From assembly GCF_009914755.1 (NCBI RefSeq), contig NC_060947.1: a stretch of 64,000 bases of DNA; one strand, given 5' to 3'. Numbering within the stretch: position 1 is the stretch's first letter; each line of letters begins with the position of its first letter. The notes under the pieces are model-generated. The model was given only the letters and a program-made list of their open reading frames with translations. It did no database searches and had not been told where the DNA came from. Shown one piece after another: positions 31,209 to 50,388 of this stretch. The DNA comes from the human T2T-CHM13v2.0 reference genome, Homo sapiens. The position numbers and the translations under genes were made by a program.

Positions 31209-31263
<55 letters not shown>

Positions 31264-31272
31264 AAAAAGAAA
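31155..31272 (+). repeat. (GA)n/(GAAA)n microsatellite
   Basis: Purine-only tandem run. Confidence 0.95.
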
Positions 31273-31388
31273 GTTTCAATGAGATCCAGAATCTTACGAT
31301 ATAATGCCTAAAATGTCCAGGTTGCCATCAAAAAAATCATTTGCCATACCAAGAACCAGGAAGATTCAGCTGCATTAAAAAAGTATCA

Positions 31389-32880
<1,492 letters not shown>

Positions 32881-33398
32881 GTATCAATAGATGTTGACAG
32901 CAAGATGACAGCGATGTTAGAATTATCTGACAAAGATTTTAAAGTAGCCATCATAAAAATGCTTCATTGAGCAATTATGAAAACATTTGAAACCAAGAGC
33001 CTCAGCAAAAAAATAAAGTCTCAGTAAAGAAATAGAAGATATAAAGAAGAACCAAATGGATCTTTTAAAAGCAAAAAATACAATAATTGTAATAAAATAC
33101 CCAACAGATAGGCTCAACAGCAGAATGGAAAAGACAGAGGAAAAATCAGTGAACTGTAAAACAGAAGAACACTAATTATCCAACCTTAAAAACAAAGATA
33201 AAATAAACTGAAAAAAATATGAATACAGAATTAGGGACTTTAGGGACTATAACAAACGATCTAACATTTGCAATATGAGAGATAAGAAGGAGAGAGAAAG
33301 AGGGTGGGGCTGAAAAAGTACTCAAAGAGATAAGAAACCTACAGAATCGAGAAGCCATGCAAATCCCAAATTGAATATACCCAAGAAAATCCACTCTA

Positions 33399-33826
33399 GG
33401 ATAAAGAAAATGTGGAGATACACAACACACACACACCATGGAATACTACTCAGACATAAAATGGAATGAAATAATGGCATTCACAGCAACCTGGATAAAG
33501 GTAGCATCATTATATACATATCAGAATATTCTAAGTGAAGTAACTCAGGAATGGAAAACCACCAAACATCATGTATTCTCACTCATATGCGGGAGCTAAG
33601 CTATGAGGATGCAAAGGCATAAGAATGATACATTAGACTTTGGACACTCAGGAGAAAGGGATGGGGGTGGCAAGGGATAAAAGACTTCACACTGGGTACA
33701 GTGTACACTGCTTGAGTGATGGGTGCAACAGAACCTCAGAAATCATCACTGAAGAACTTATTCGTGTAATCAAACACCACCTGTTCCTCAAAAACATATT
33801 GAAATTAAAAAATACATAAATAAAAT
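33399..33826 (+). mobile_element. L1PB 3' fragment
   Basis: ggataaagaaaatgtgg...ctaagtgaagtaactcaggaatgg...caaacaccacctgttc; TSD aagaaaatccactcta/aagaaaattgactcta. Confidence 0.8.
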
Positions 33827-35580
33827 AAGAAAATTGACTCTAAACCACATCATAATCAAACTTTTGAAAGTTGTTAACAAATAAAAAATTTTTAAAGCAG
33901 TGAAAGAAACACCTTACCTATCAGGGGAAACAATTCACATGACAGCAGATTTTTCATCAGAAACCATGGAGGCCATAAAGAAGAGACACAAAGGATTTTT
34001 CAAGTGCTGAAAGATAAGAACTGTCAACTCAGAATCCTATATCAAGCAAAAACAAAATCTTCAGGAATAAAGGGGAGATTAAAGCATTCTCAGATAAAGG
34101 AAAACTAAGATTTTGTCACCAGCATACCTACCCTATTAGTTAAAAGAAGTTATCTAAACCAAAAGAAAATGATAAAAGAGGGTATCTTGGAACATCAGGA
34201 AGGAAGAAAGAACATGGTAAGCAAAATATGTGTCAATACAACAAATTTTCTTTCCTTCCCCCTCCTCTTGAGTTCTGTAATTTATGTCTCTTATGGTGAA
34301 ATATTTCTGTATCATCATTGTGGAGGTGGTTACATGAATCCATAATGTGATAAAATGTCACAGAACTATATACACACATTGTACCAATATCAATTTCTGG
34401 GCTATGAAAATATACTACAGTTACATAAGATGTAGTCATTTGGGGAAACTGGGTGACAGGTACCCAGGACCTCTCTGTACTATCTTTGCAAGTTCATGTG
34501 AATCTGTAATTATTTCAAACAAACTTTTTTTTCTTTTTAAAAAGTTTAGTCAAAACCAGGCTACTTCCTAATAGTGAAAAAATTTTAAAACAAATTCTAT
34601 CAGCATCAGTTAAAGGCAAAGTCATTCATAGTCTGGTGGTCTTCTTTTTCATTTTCTTTAATTATTTGCCAAAATAATTGACCATAATAATGAGTAATTT
34701 GCCTGCTAAAAGTGCCTCCACTAGTTGATAACAATTACATTGCTAATTTGTCATTTACCTCATTCTTTATGTATTTCTTCTTGTATAAACGTCTTAAATA
34801 AAATGGCTAGAAAGATAAATTTGAAACTAAAAGCCAAAGTTCCTTTCATAACCAGATAATACTAGTTATATAAAATAATAACTAACATTTATTAAATCTT
34901 ATCATATTCTAGGTACTATGCTTAACACTCACATACACTACTTTATCTAATTTCTATAAAATCTCTTGTTCCTCCATTAGAGATGAGGAAACCATGACGC
35001 AATAAAATGAAGTAACACAAGTAGCAAATGACAGAATCAGATTTTAGGTCAGGTTTAGAGTCCACAGTCTTAATTAAAACTATACCATAACTTTATATTC
35101 ACAATGTTCGAGTACCATTTCATGTAATGAATACACAGGATGTGTGCTGATGTATATTGAACGATTCCTATTACATGCTACTCTGTAAATTATTTTAAGT
35201 ATTTTTAGGATTTCAATCAGATTGGAAACCAAAACAAATGATTTTCAATAGGTTATAGCTAGGAAATCATCTAAATTAATTTTGTAACTTATTAGTACAT
35301 TCAACAGCATTACCTTCCTGAAATATTATGACAAAGTCTTATAATAATGTATGATGCCAAAAACTGGTTATTACAGGTTTTCATGTTGTTATACAAGCAT
35401 AAGAAGTATGATGGGCTAAAGTTTAGCAGATGTTCCAACAGAGTAGGAAAAGGAATCACAGAAAAATTATACTTTTTCTCTCGGGGGTGGAGACAAGATG
35501 GCCGAATAGGAACAGCTCCAGTCTACAGCTCCCAACGTGAGCGACACAGAAGACGGGTAATTTCTGCATTTCCAACTGAG

Positions 35581-36544
35581 GAACGCAGCTCCTCACCAGC
35601 AACGGAACAAAGCTGGACAGAGAATGACTTTGACGAGTTGAGAGAAGAAGGCTTCAGACGATCAAACTACTCTGAGCTAAAGGAGGAAGTTCGAACCTCC
35701 TCCTTTAGTTCAAGGCAAAGAAGTTAAAAACCTTGAAAAAAAATTAGATGAATGGCTAACTAGAATAACCAATGCAGAGAAGTCCTTAAAGGACCTGATG
35801 GAGCTGAAAACCACGGCATGAGAAATATGTGACGAATGCACAAGCCTCAGTAGCCGATGCGATCAAATGGAAGAAAGGGTATCAGCGATGGAAGACGAAA
35901 TGAATGAAATGAAGCAAGAAGAGAAGTTTAGAGAAAAAAGAGTACAAAGAAATGAACAAAGCCTTCAAGAAATATGGGATTATGTGAAAAGACCAAATCT
36001 ACGTCTGATTGGTGTACCTGAAAGTGACAGGGAGAATGGAACCAAGTTGGAAAACACTCTGCAGGATATTATCCAGGAGAACTTCCCCAATCTAGCAAGG
36101 CAGGCCAACATTCAGATTCAGGAAATACAGAGAACGTCACAAAGATACTCCCCGAGAAGAGCAACTCCAAGACACATAATTGTCAGATTCACCAAAGTTG
36201 AAATGAAGGAAAAAATGTTAAGGACAGCCAGAGAGAAAGGTCGGGTTACCCACAAAGGGAAGCCCATCAGACTAACAGCTGATCTCTCAGCAGAAACTCT
36301 ACAAGCCAGAAGAGAGTGGGGGCCAATATTCGACATTCTTAAAGAAAAGAATTTTCAACCCAGAATTTCATATCCAGCCAAACTAAGCTTCATAAGTGAA
36401 GGAGAAATAAAATACTTTACAGACAAGCAAATGCTGAGAGATTTTGTCACCACCAGGCCTGCCCTAAAAGAGCTCCTGAAGGAAGCACTAAACATGGAAA
36501 GGAACAACTGGTACCAGCCACTGCAAAAACATGCCAAATTGTAA
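35581..36544 (+). pseudogene. L1 ORF1p remnant (start codon spliced out, frameshifted)
   Basis: ERSSSPATEQSW...; ORF 35867-36544 contains ORF1p RRM/CTD sequence (RPNLRLIGVPE...QPLQKHAKL). Confidence 0.9.
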
Positions 36545-36592
36545 AGACCATCAAGGCTAGGAAGAAACTGCATCTACTAACGAGCAAAATAA

Positions 36593-40465
<3,873 letters not shown>

Positions 40466-41122
40466 ACAATGAGAACACATGGACACAGGAAGGGGAACAT
40501 CACACACCAGGGACTGTTGTGGGGTGGGGGAAGGGGGGTGGGGGAAGGGGGGAGGGGGGAGAGGGGAGGGGGAGGGATAGCATTAGGAGAGATACCTAAT
40601 GCTAAATGATGAGTTAATGGGTGCAGCACACCAACATTGCACATGTATACATATGTAACAAACCTGCACGTTGTGCACATGTACTCTAAAACTTAAAGTA
40701 TAATAATAATAAAATTTAAAAAAATTATACTTTATTAAATGCTTTTAATTTTCAGAAGGGTACATAAGGTTAACTTTATATTATTTTCAAGTACAAAGAT
40801 ATTATGGAAATAGGTATTTATGCATTTCATTTTACACCATCTGAAACAAATACTTTTGAAGGTTTCCCAAAAAAAGTTGTACAAATTTTCTAGACTCAAA
40901 TTAATATAACTTAAAACTTCATTAAACTGAAAATTTCCTTCCAACTCCTAGTAGAAAGACAAATGATAATATAAACTGTTTTCATTAGGTCCTAAAAAGT
41001 AAGTATTAATATGTGTCTGAAGCTATAAACTTATAGACTTTCAAAAGGCTAAGTTAAAGCCAGCCATGGGTTAAAGCCATGAGTTAAGTCCAAGTGTACA
41101 CAGCTATTAAATAAATGCACTC

Positions 41123-41402
41123 GGCTGGGCACAGTGGCTCACACCTATAATCTCAGCACTTTGGGAGGCCAAGGCAGCTGGATCAATTGAGGCCAGGAGT
41201 TCGAGACCAACCAGCCTGGGCAACACAGCAACACCTCGTCTCTAATAAAAATTTTAAAAAAAATTAGCTGGGCATGGTGGCACACACTTGTAGTCCCAGC
41301 AACTTGGTGGGGGATTCCTTAAGCCCTGGAGGCAGAGGTTGCAGTGAGCTGAGATGGTGCCACTGCACTCCAGCCTGGGTGACAGAGCCAGACTCTGTCA
41401 CA
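41123..41402 (+). mobile_element. AluJ
   Basis: Degenerate dimer; tail expanded to a microsatellite. Confidence 0.85.
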
Positions 41403-41550
41403 AAGAAAGAAAGGAAAGAAGGAAAGAAGAAAGGAAGGAAGGAAAGAAGAAAGGAAGGAAGGAAGGAAAGAAGAAAGGAAGGAAGGAAAGAAGGAAGGAA
41501 AGAAGGAAGGAAGAAAGGAAGGAAGGAAGGAAGGAAGGAAGGAAAGGAAG
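41403..41550 (+). repeat. (GGAA)n/(GAAA)n microsatellite
   Basis: Purine-only compound repeat derived from the Alu tail. Confidence 0.95.
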
Positions 41551-42899
41551 ACACCCTTGACTATACAAATGAGCTATACTATTTATATAACAAATCTTTC
41601 TCTGTGTACATACTTTTTGTCTATACAAAGTCAAAATTTCCTCACAGGCACATGAAGTAAAGGTTCTCCCCTCACGCTTTTCATTTTTAGATGATGCTTA
41701 ATACACTAAAGAGAGCTCTGCTTATTGTTCTTCTTATTTTTGCCAAAATACAGTATAACATTTTCACTTTCTACAAAACAATTTTTGAATAAAATGGCTC
41801 CAAAATGCACCAGGAGAGTTCATGCCACTAGTTAATTTATGCAGTCTCCGAATGGCTGGCAAAATAGCATGGGCCGATGCTGCAGCTGCTACCACGTTCT
41901 CAGTTACTTCTGGAATTTTTACAGTTTATTGGCGTAACGTGAAAATTTATACAATTATCTATGGTATGTCATGACTAATACATATGCAATACTAATACTA
42001 TAAGCTTGCTACTTACACTCACTTTCTCCATTAAGAAAAACACTGATATTGTTATGTTAATTATCATGGGAATTGATAGTATATCATGTTTTTGCTTTTG
42101 AGCAAAAACGAGAACCCATTAAGTTCATATTTTTAAATTGGCACATTAGACAATATGCCAGTTTCATGACCCATTCAGCCTTCAACCCAGCCCACCTATC
42201 AGTCAGATACAACATACAAAAACTGTATTACTCGCCTACTTAAAACTGCCAATGGTTTCCCTCAGCAGCCTGGTATTTAAATCCCTCCATTTTCTGGCCC
42301 AATTTTTCTGTATTCTCTCTTACTACTAAATATCACTCAACTAAAGAGATCTCAAAATTCTCCCGTATATCCTTGTCTTTCCACTTTTATTTATACATTG
42401 CCTATATCTTGAATGTCTTCTCATATCAAAATCCTACCCAGTGACCAAGGCTCACTGCAAAGCCAAGATCCTTGATCAAACCTACCCTGACTATTCCAAT
42501 CATTTCTATTCCTTCGGCAATTTTTTCTCAATCACCTCTTTCATGTCTATACATATCATCTGTTTAACGATATTGCAAGATCCTTGAAAGTGGAGGCCCT
42601 TGAGCAAGTAATTTAACTTCTCTCTATATATTAGTCGTGTGTCCTTTTAAAATCTTCTAGAAGGGTTGGATTAAATGATCCCTAGGGCTCTTCCTAACTC
42701 TTACACATCAATTGTTTGTGCCTTCTATAATTCATATATTAATCATCTGATGTTTATTTCAAATTATTTTATTTTATCAATACCTCTTACAAAATTACCC
42801 AGTCCTAGCTACTGGAAAATACTCTAAGTACTGCAGTTTCCAGATGGTAAATAGGAAGAGTTGACATCTTAATCAAGGAGTCATAATTAGTAAACTAAA

Positions 42900-43800
42900 T
42901 ATTCATTCATTCATTTTCTTACCAACAAACATTAAGTAAACTCAACTCTGGAGCAGGTATCATGACAGACAATACAGATAACTGAGTTAGCCCCTGTCCT
43001 CAAGGAATTCATAATCCAGGGAGAGAGACAGAGAAGGAAAAACACTACTTGTAATACAGGTTGCTAAAGAGAGTCATGAACAATACTATGGAAATACATG
43101 AAAGAAACACATAACAGGGGTGTGAGGTACAGGAGGCTCAAGAAAACCTTCCTAGAAGAGGTGCTATCTAAACTGAAACCTCAAGGACAAAAAGTAGGCA
43201 GCAGTTTAGGATGAGTAGTGATATCGTTTGGCTCTGTGTCCCCACCCAAATCTCATCTCAATTTATAATCCCCAAGTGTGGAGGGAGGGACCTGTAATCC
43301 CCATGTGTCAAGGGAGGGAGGTGATTGGATCACAGGTGCAGTTTTCCCCATGCTGTTCTCGTGATAGTTCTAATGAGATCTGATGGTTTTATAAGTGTTT
43401 AGAAGTTCCTCCTTCACTCTTCTCTCTCCTGCCACCTTGTGAAGAAGGTGCTTGCTTCCCCTTCACCTTCCACCATGATTGTAAGTTTTCTGAGGGCCTC
43501 CCCTCAAAACTATGAGTCAATTAAAACTCTTTCCTTTATAAATTATCCAGTCTTGGGTATTTCTTTATAGTAGTGTGAAAACAAACTAATACAAGTAGCA
43601 AGTACAAATGTGTGGTAAGAGAGCATGGCTAGTTTGGGGAAGTCCAAGTAGTCCCCATAAGGCTGCAACTTTGGATGGGGTGAGAGAGGTGCTAGAGGGA
43701 CAGGCAGGAGTCAAGTCATGATGGACTTGTATACTCTGCTGAGAAGTCTTAATTTTTACCATGAAGCAAATGTGTAGCTGATGTCATAGAGATAATATCT
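42900..43800 (-). mobile_element. L2 fragment interrupted by THE1 LTR
   Basis: attcattcattcatt...cccctgtcctcaaggaattcataatccagg...ccttcctagaagaggtg. Confidence 0.55.
43219..43593 (+). mobile_element. THE1D-like MaLR solo LTR
   Basis: tgatatcgtttggctctgtgtccccacccaaatctcatc...aaactaataca; 5-bp TSD agtag. Confidence 0.9.
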
Positions 43801-45510
43801 CCAGATAAGTCAAAAATTGATGAATGATTAAAGGTTTACATTAGGGACAATGTATAGCAGAGACTATTAGTTATTCCCCAATATCTGTTCTTCCCGGCTC
43901 ATATAGTAATAATTATTTTTGCTTGTCCATGCAGTGAAGGGCCACATTTTCCAGCTTAGGTATCACCATAGGATTAAGTTCTGGCCAGTGGGATATGTGT
44001 GAATGTGATGTGTGCAAATGCTAAACTACATCCTTAAAGGAAAGGAGTGTGTTTTCTCCTGCCACTTTTCCTATTCCTTTGAATGGAATGTTCTTAGAAA
44101 AGAACAAAGAGAGTGCATATAATGCTGTGAGTACCTCATAGAATGAAGATAGAACTTTGTTCACCACTGCATCCCCATCACCTGGTTTAAAGAAGGTAGT
44201 CACTAATTTCTGTTGAATTAATTTGTGTAAAATACCTCATTTTCTCTCATTAGAGAAAGTGCTGCCCTACATAGTAAGGCTAATTAAAGCTAGCGAATCT
44301 TCTTTATGTGCAGATAAAGCAGATCCCCATATAAAACAGGTAGATGGACCTAACCTACATGCAGAGTCATTCTAAACCATTTAAGACTTTACCATTTTAG
44401 GCACTGATTTAAGCAGAAAATCAAACTATTGTGAAGTAATAGTTTATGAGTATAATGTAATGGGTTCATTTTTTAAAATCAATAAATGATATACCAAGTC
44501 ACAGAAAACTCAATATTCACATTACTCAAAATCCTCTCTCCTAAATTATGTGATACTTTCTCATTCAGCATGACCCTCTTATATCAGACCAATTTGGCTT
44601 GTCTTAAATGAACAGGTTTCTAATGTCTTTTAACATAGCCCAATATCACAATGGCTTAATAACCAAAATCTAGTTGTGAGAAAAGGTAGCATCATACATA
44701 TATGCCAGAATTTCTAAATCGAGCATGCTTTCTGTTTTTAACTCCACGGCACCTGACTCCCTGACTCCAGGTGATGTCAACTGTTGAGCTTAGTGATAAA
44801 GAGGAGCTTTCATCTAATTAATATAAAGGTATGCATAGATTTTTTATTCTAGTGACAGCAGTGCCACCTTAATTGATTTTATCCTACCTACTAGCTGTGA
44901 GATCACCACACCTTTTGCCATACATGGCAAAGCAGAAATTCCATCTATGCAAATAAAAACTTTACTTAAGATTCACAGGAAATCATTTTATCAACTCACT
45001 TTAACTTCAACTAAAACTACTTTGGCCCCTGAGTAGAAACAACCCAAGTAGATAATAGGCATTTAAAAATACTGAAAAAGTGTAAAATGACATTTCAAGA
45101 TCATTCTGAAAGAAAAATTCGGTAAAATTAAAAGTAAGAAAAATTGTAAGAAGAAAAAGAGAGCAACCTAAGATTAACACATTTTAAAAGACACCTATGT
45201 TCTTTAAGACATTTAATTATGTCTGAAGGTCATTTTTTAATAATAGAAAGGAAATAGTAATTATTTAGTCTGAAAGATAACACTGACTGTAGCTTATTAC
45301 TTTAATGAAGACCTGGGAACAGCCTGCCTCCCCCAACACACACAGAGATATTTGGTTTGGTAACTCCCACTGGACAGAAACACAGTCCTTGACTATAAAC
45401 ACTAACTGTATCTTTTTTGAACCCTAAATAGCTGAAAAGTCAGTGGCCGAATTTTTTTTAATTCCAGTTATTTCATACTATCTGTACATAGTATCATGGA
45501 ATACATTTTA

Positions 45511-45825
<315 letters not shown>

Positions 45826-46909
45826 GACATTTTCCATAACACACCACCCCAATACTATGCCCCAGCCAAAAAAAATGGCGTGGAGGAGTTGCTTTTACCT
45901 CAATCATCTGTCCACTAGTAACCTATATCAGGTATAACTTTTAGAAGTAATTAAAAATATCAGTGTATACACATAAAATTTCTCAGAAATCTTTGGCTCT
46001 GGCCCACTATAGAGCATACACAGACAAGGAGGTAGCCACTCATACTAGTGGGTTTAGCAGTTTTGTTTTAAATACGAGTCTGGCTTTGCTATTTAGAACT
46101 AAGATCAATACCTTTATGACAAATACAAATATACAATCAACTTGAATTGAGAATTCAAAATTAGATCAATACATACTGCCTTGAAAGACTGTCACCGATC
46201 AAAATTAAATTCAAAGGAGGAGGAGCTCTACAGCAATTTGGAGCTAGACTGCAGAAAAACAGCATGAGGTCTGTGTTAGACTGAGCATAAATCATGAACA
46301 TTTTGATAGACAAGCAGTAGTACCAACAGACACACTAGTTCCATCCTCTTTGTGGCCACATTTGTTTCAAAACAAATTTCTCTTTCTGAGGTGATAAAAA
46401 TGTTCTAAAATTGTGGTGACAGTTGCTCAGCTCTGTGAGTATACTAAACATTACTGAATTATATTACTTTAAACAGGTAAATTGTATGATGAGTGAATTA
46501 TATCTTAATAAAGCCGTTAAATATTTTTTTCGACACAGGATTGTGAAGTCAAAATATTGTACACAAAAACAGAGCTCTGATTAGCTGTCAGTAAAAAGAT
46601 TGTCAATTTGTTTTAACCTCTAAAGTTTTTTTCCAGTTTAAAATAAACACGCCCACACACATATACCAACACACACCTGTGCACACACATGCACATATGT
46701 ACACATAGCTTTGAGCATTGAAATATTCAGAAATACGTTCCTTGCTTTTCAATAAGACCTCCTTTAAAAGTGCCTTCTTCAAACTATCTTTCCAACTTTA
46801 ACACCCTCATCTGATCATTTCTCTTTATTTCTCTAGAATCTGTTTTCTAACATGCCTTTTTTAGATATCATGCTCTGTTATATAATGGCCTCTGTCAGAG
46901 ATAGCATGA

Positions 46910-47160
46910 AAGGAAGTGTTGTGGTTAAAAGCATAGACTCAAGAATCAGACTACATGGATTTTACTCCTAGTTCTTATACATATTAGGTGTGTAACCACA
47001 GGCAAGTTATCCAGCATCTATATGCCTCAGTTTCCTCATCTGTAAAGTGGGGCTAATAATAGTTTCTACCTCATAGTATTGTTATGTGGTTTAAATGTAT
47101 CAATGCATCAGATGCACTTGGAAGGGTCCCAGGCTCATAATGAGTGCAATAATGATTTAT
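46910..47160 (+). mobile_element. MIR
   Basis: gtggttaaaagcatagactc...gcctcagtttcctcatctgtaaagtggggctaataatag. Confidence 0.75.
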
Positions 47161-47483
47161 TAGTCACTGGCTGCTTGGTAATAATATTAGTATTGGCCGA
47201 TATCAAATTGACTCATGTTCTCTGTTGCCCCTGGCAAGACTGTAACCTATTTCAGGGCAGTGAATACATTTTCTCCCTCCTAGTAGAGTGCTTTACGTAT
47301 AATTGCTTGTTCATAAATGTTCACGTGGATACTGTACCTATATGATACCAAAAGTACTTATAAAATTCTTACTGAATCCAAAACTCATTTTGATAAATAC
47401 CAAATTGCTATCACAATTACTGACATTTTGCTTTAACCCCATCAATTGAAAGGCTACAGATATTAAAGGATCCTTTGGTCTAA

Positions 47484-47792
<309 letters not shown>

Positions 47793-49373
47793 AAGAGCTT
47801 TTTATATCATTAGTACAAAAGCATTGGATTAGAAACTAAAGGCCTACTCTTAGCTCCACCTCACAGGATGTAACCCTTCTGCAATTTACTTAAACTCATT
47901 GTGCATATTCCACAGGAATAAACAGAATAAGAACAGTTAATCATGCTTCAAAAGAAAGATGCTCTAAAAATAAAGGGTATTATCTTTATTTAAGGTTTGA
48001 GCTAATGACCTAATGGTAGAGTAAGTCTAATTTTTCTAAAAAATATATAAATTTGAATACTGCCTTTTTATCATCAAATGATACTGAGAATGATCACTAT
48101 TTATAAATGTAGACATCACTGCTAATAAATAATATATTTCATCAATATAGTGAGCTAAGCTTTTCAAGCACTTGAATATACATTATCTTAATAACGGTCA
48201 TAAAAACCTGTGAATATACAGTATATGACCAATATGTTACCTGGTCTTTTCCCTTCTGTGCACCTGTGGCATTTCATCACCAAGGATTATCTCTCTCATC
48301 ATTTGTCTGACATTGGAACTAAAGGGCATCATGTAAGAAAGTAGGAAAGGTAGATTCATGTACTCTCAACTTAAAAGATTAGTCTATCCCTCTAACACCT
48401 AAAGCTGTTCTCAATACTCCATTTAGACTTATCCATTCATTTATCAAAGGTACTATCAAACTTTTATCTTCTCTTAGGGTATTATTTGATTTGTTATTAC
48501 AGTAACCATGATAAAAACTTGAAATAACCATAACAACTCAAAATCCATAGGAAGACATTATTCACAACAGAATTATACCTCTTCCCAATGGCTTAACTAT
48601 TACAAATGCTTCAGTATTTTCTTCTTTGGGGACTTAAAATCTGGAACAATTAGAGATAAATCAGAAAAATGTGTGACCCCTGTGATTATCAGAAAACCAA
48701 ATGTTTTCATGTTTAAAAGATAACATTGTTCATAGTATACATTATCCTGCATAACCCTTTTCCTTCAAAATGGATATTAAAATTTAAAATCCTATTAACC
48801 CAAACAGTATCACATTTAAATATATATTGGGCTAATTGTATTAAAAACTGACATTTTTCTTGGAATCAATGTGATGCCATATTTGAGTAAGTAATAAGCC
48901 AACATTCACCATAAACTTTCTTGTCTGCCAGAAAACTAGTGTTACTTCTAAACAGTCTACTCACCATTTACGAGATGCACATTCGAAAAATAGCATTCCA
49001 GCTAGGATTAAGACAATATAAACAAAGAAGACACACAATTTCCCCTCACATTTCTGCTTCATATATGATTGGCCAAGGTCCTATAGTATGCTCCAAGTTA
49101 TCAACTAATTTAGCCACAAATCTATGAAAATAATAATAAGTATAGTTATATTTCATATGTGGCTTAAGTGTGCTTAGCACTCTATACGCATTATTAATTT
49201 AATCCTTAAACTAGATGAGATAGTTTACAAGGGAGATAAACAAGGCTCAGAGAGGTGAAGCAAGTTGCCCAACAAAAGGCAGTCAGGATTTGAACCCAAG
49301 CCTATGATTCCAGGGTTCAAGATCATAGCCATTAAGCTCTACTGCCTTTCCACTAAGAAATATCTGAGAGTGA

Positions 49374-49660
49374 GGCCAGGTGCAGTGGCTCATGTCTGTA
49401 ATCCCAGCAAACTGGGAGGCTGAGGCAGGAGGATTGCTTGAGCTCAGGACCAGCCTGAGCAACATGGTGAAACCCTGTCTCTACAAAAAATACATAAAAT
49501 TAGCCAGGCGTGGTGGCATGCACCTGCAGTCCCAACTACTTGGGAGGCTGAGGTGGGAAGATCACTTGAACTTGGGAGGTTGAAGCTGTAGTGAGCCTTG
49601 ACTTTGCACCACTGCACTCCAGCCTGAGTGACAGAATGAGACCCTGTCTTAAAAGAAAAA
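49374..49660 (+). mobile_element. AluJ
   Basis: Dimer; TSD aagaaatatctgagagtg/aagaaacatccaagagtg. Confidence 0.9.
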
Positions 49661-50388
49661 AGAAACATCCAAGAGTGGAACAGAAAACTTTGTTGAAATG
49701 AAGTGATCTTTAGAAATGTATCACCATTTTTTTAAAAGTGGGACCAAGAAAGAAAACTCTACAAACTACAAGCAAAACTCTTATCTCCTTTTACTGAATA
49801 GACTGTAAAAGCACTTCACCTGTAGACGATAAAGACCATCCACTAATCACAATCCTCTATACCCATGTCCTTACAAGATTTGAGCAGTAACACAACAATA
49901 TAACAATGTCAGGCCCTGTGAACTATGTCTGGCATGGAACAACAACAATGAAAGTGGGACTGCAATAATGAAAATCAGTTGAAAGATTTAGTGTTTGACT
50001 TACTCCATTTACTTTCACCCCCTTTCTTCACTTGCCTTTTTCTTCTTCATCTTTCTCATCTGGAGCAAATTAAACCATCACGTTGTAACAGGCATTCCTC
50101 CAATGCTCTGCTGGCCTATTTTCAAAACCATCTCAAACTGTAGAAACCTTTTATCAACCTCAAAGCACTTAATCCTTGACAACTTTCTTCTAGTATTAAC
50201 TATTTCAGTGGCCAGCAATTAACAAACCAATTTGTATACTATGCTGTAAATGAAAGCAGCTTTAAAGTTAGCAAAAGTGAACTTCAAATCAGTGAGACAG
50301 GCAAGTGTGCACAGAACAAGGCAAAGCTTTGACACCATGAACTGTGCTGCTTTAAGTTTGTGGTCCTTGTGTTCTAATAACCTCTAGC

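Noticed and set aside
35347-35727. 126-aa ORF fusing flank, L1 5'UTR and ORF1
   Set aside because: Chance read-through across the TSD and splice junction; no promoter evidence on +, and it is terminated by the palindrome frameshift.
41264-41660. Low-complexity ORFs (KEGR / SFLP repeats)
   Set aside because: Translations of an Alu plus (GGAA)n microsatellite.
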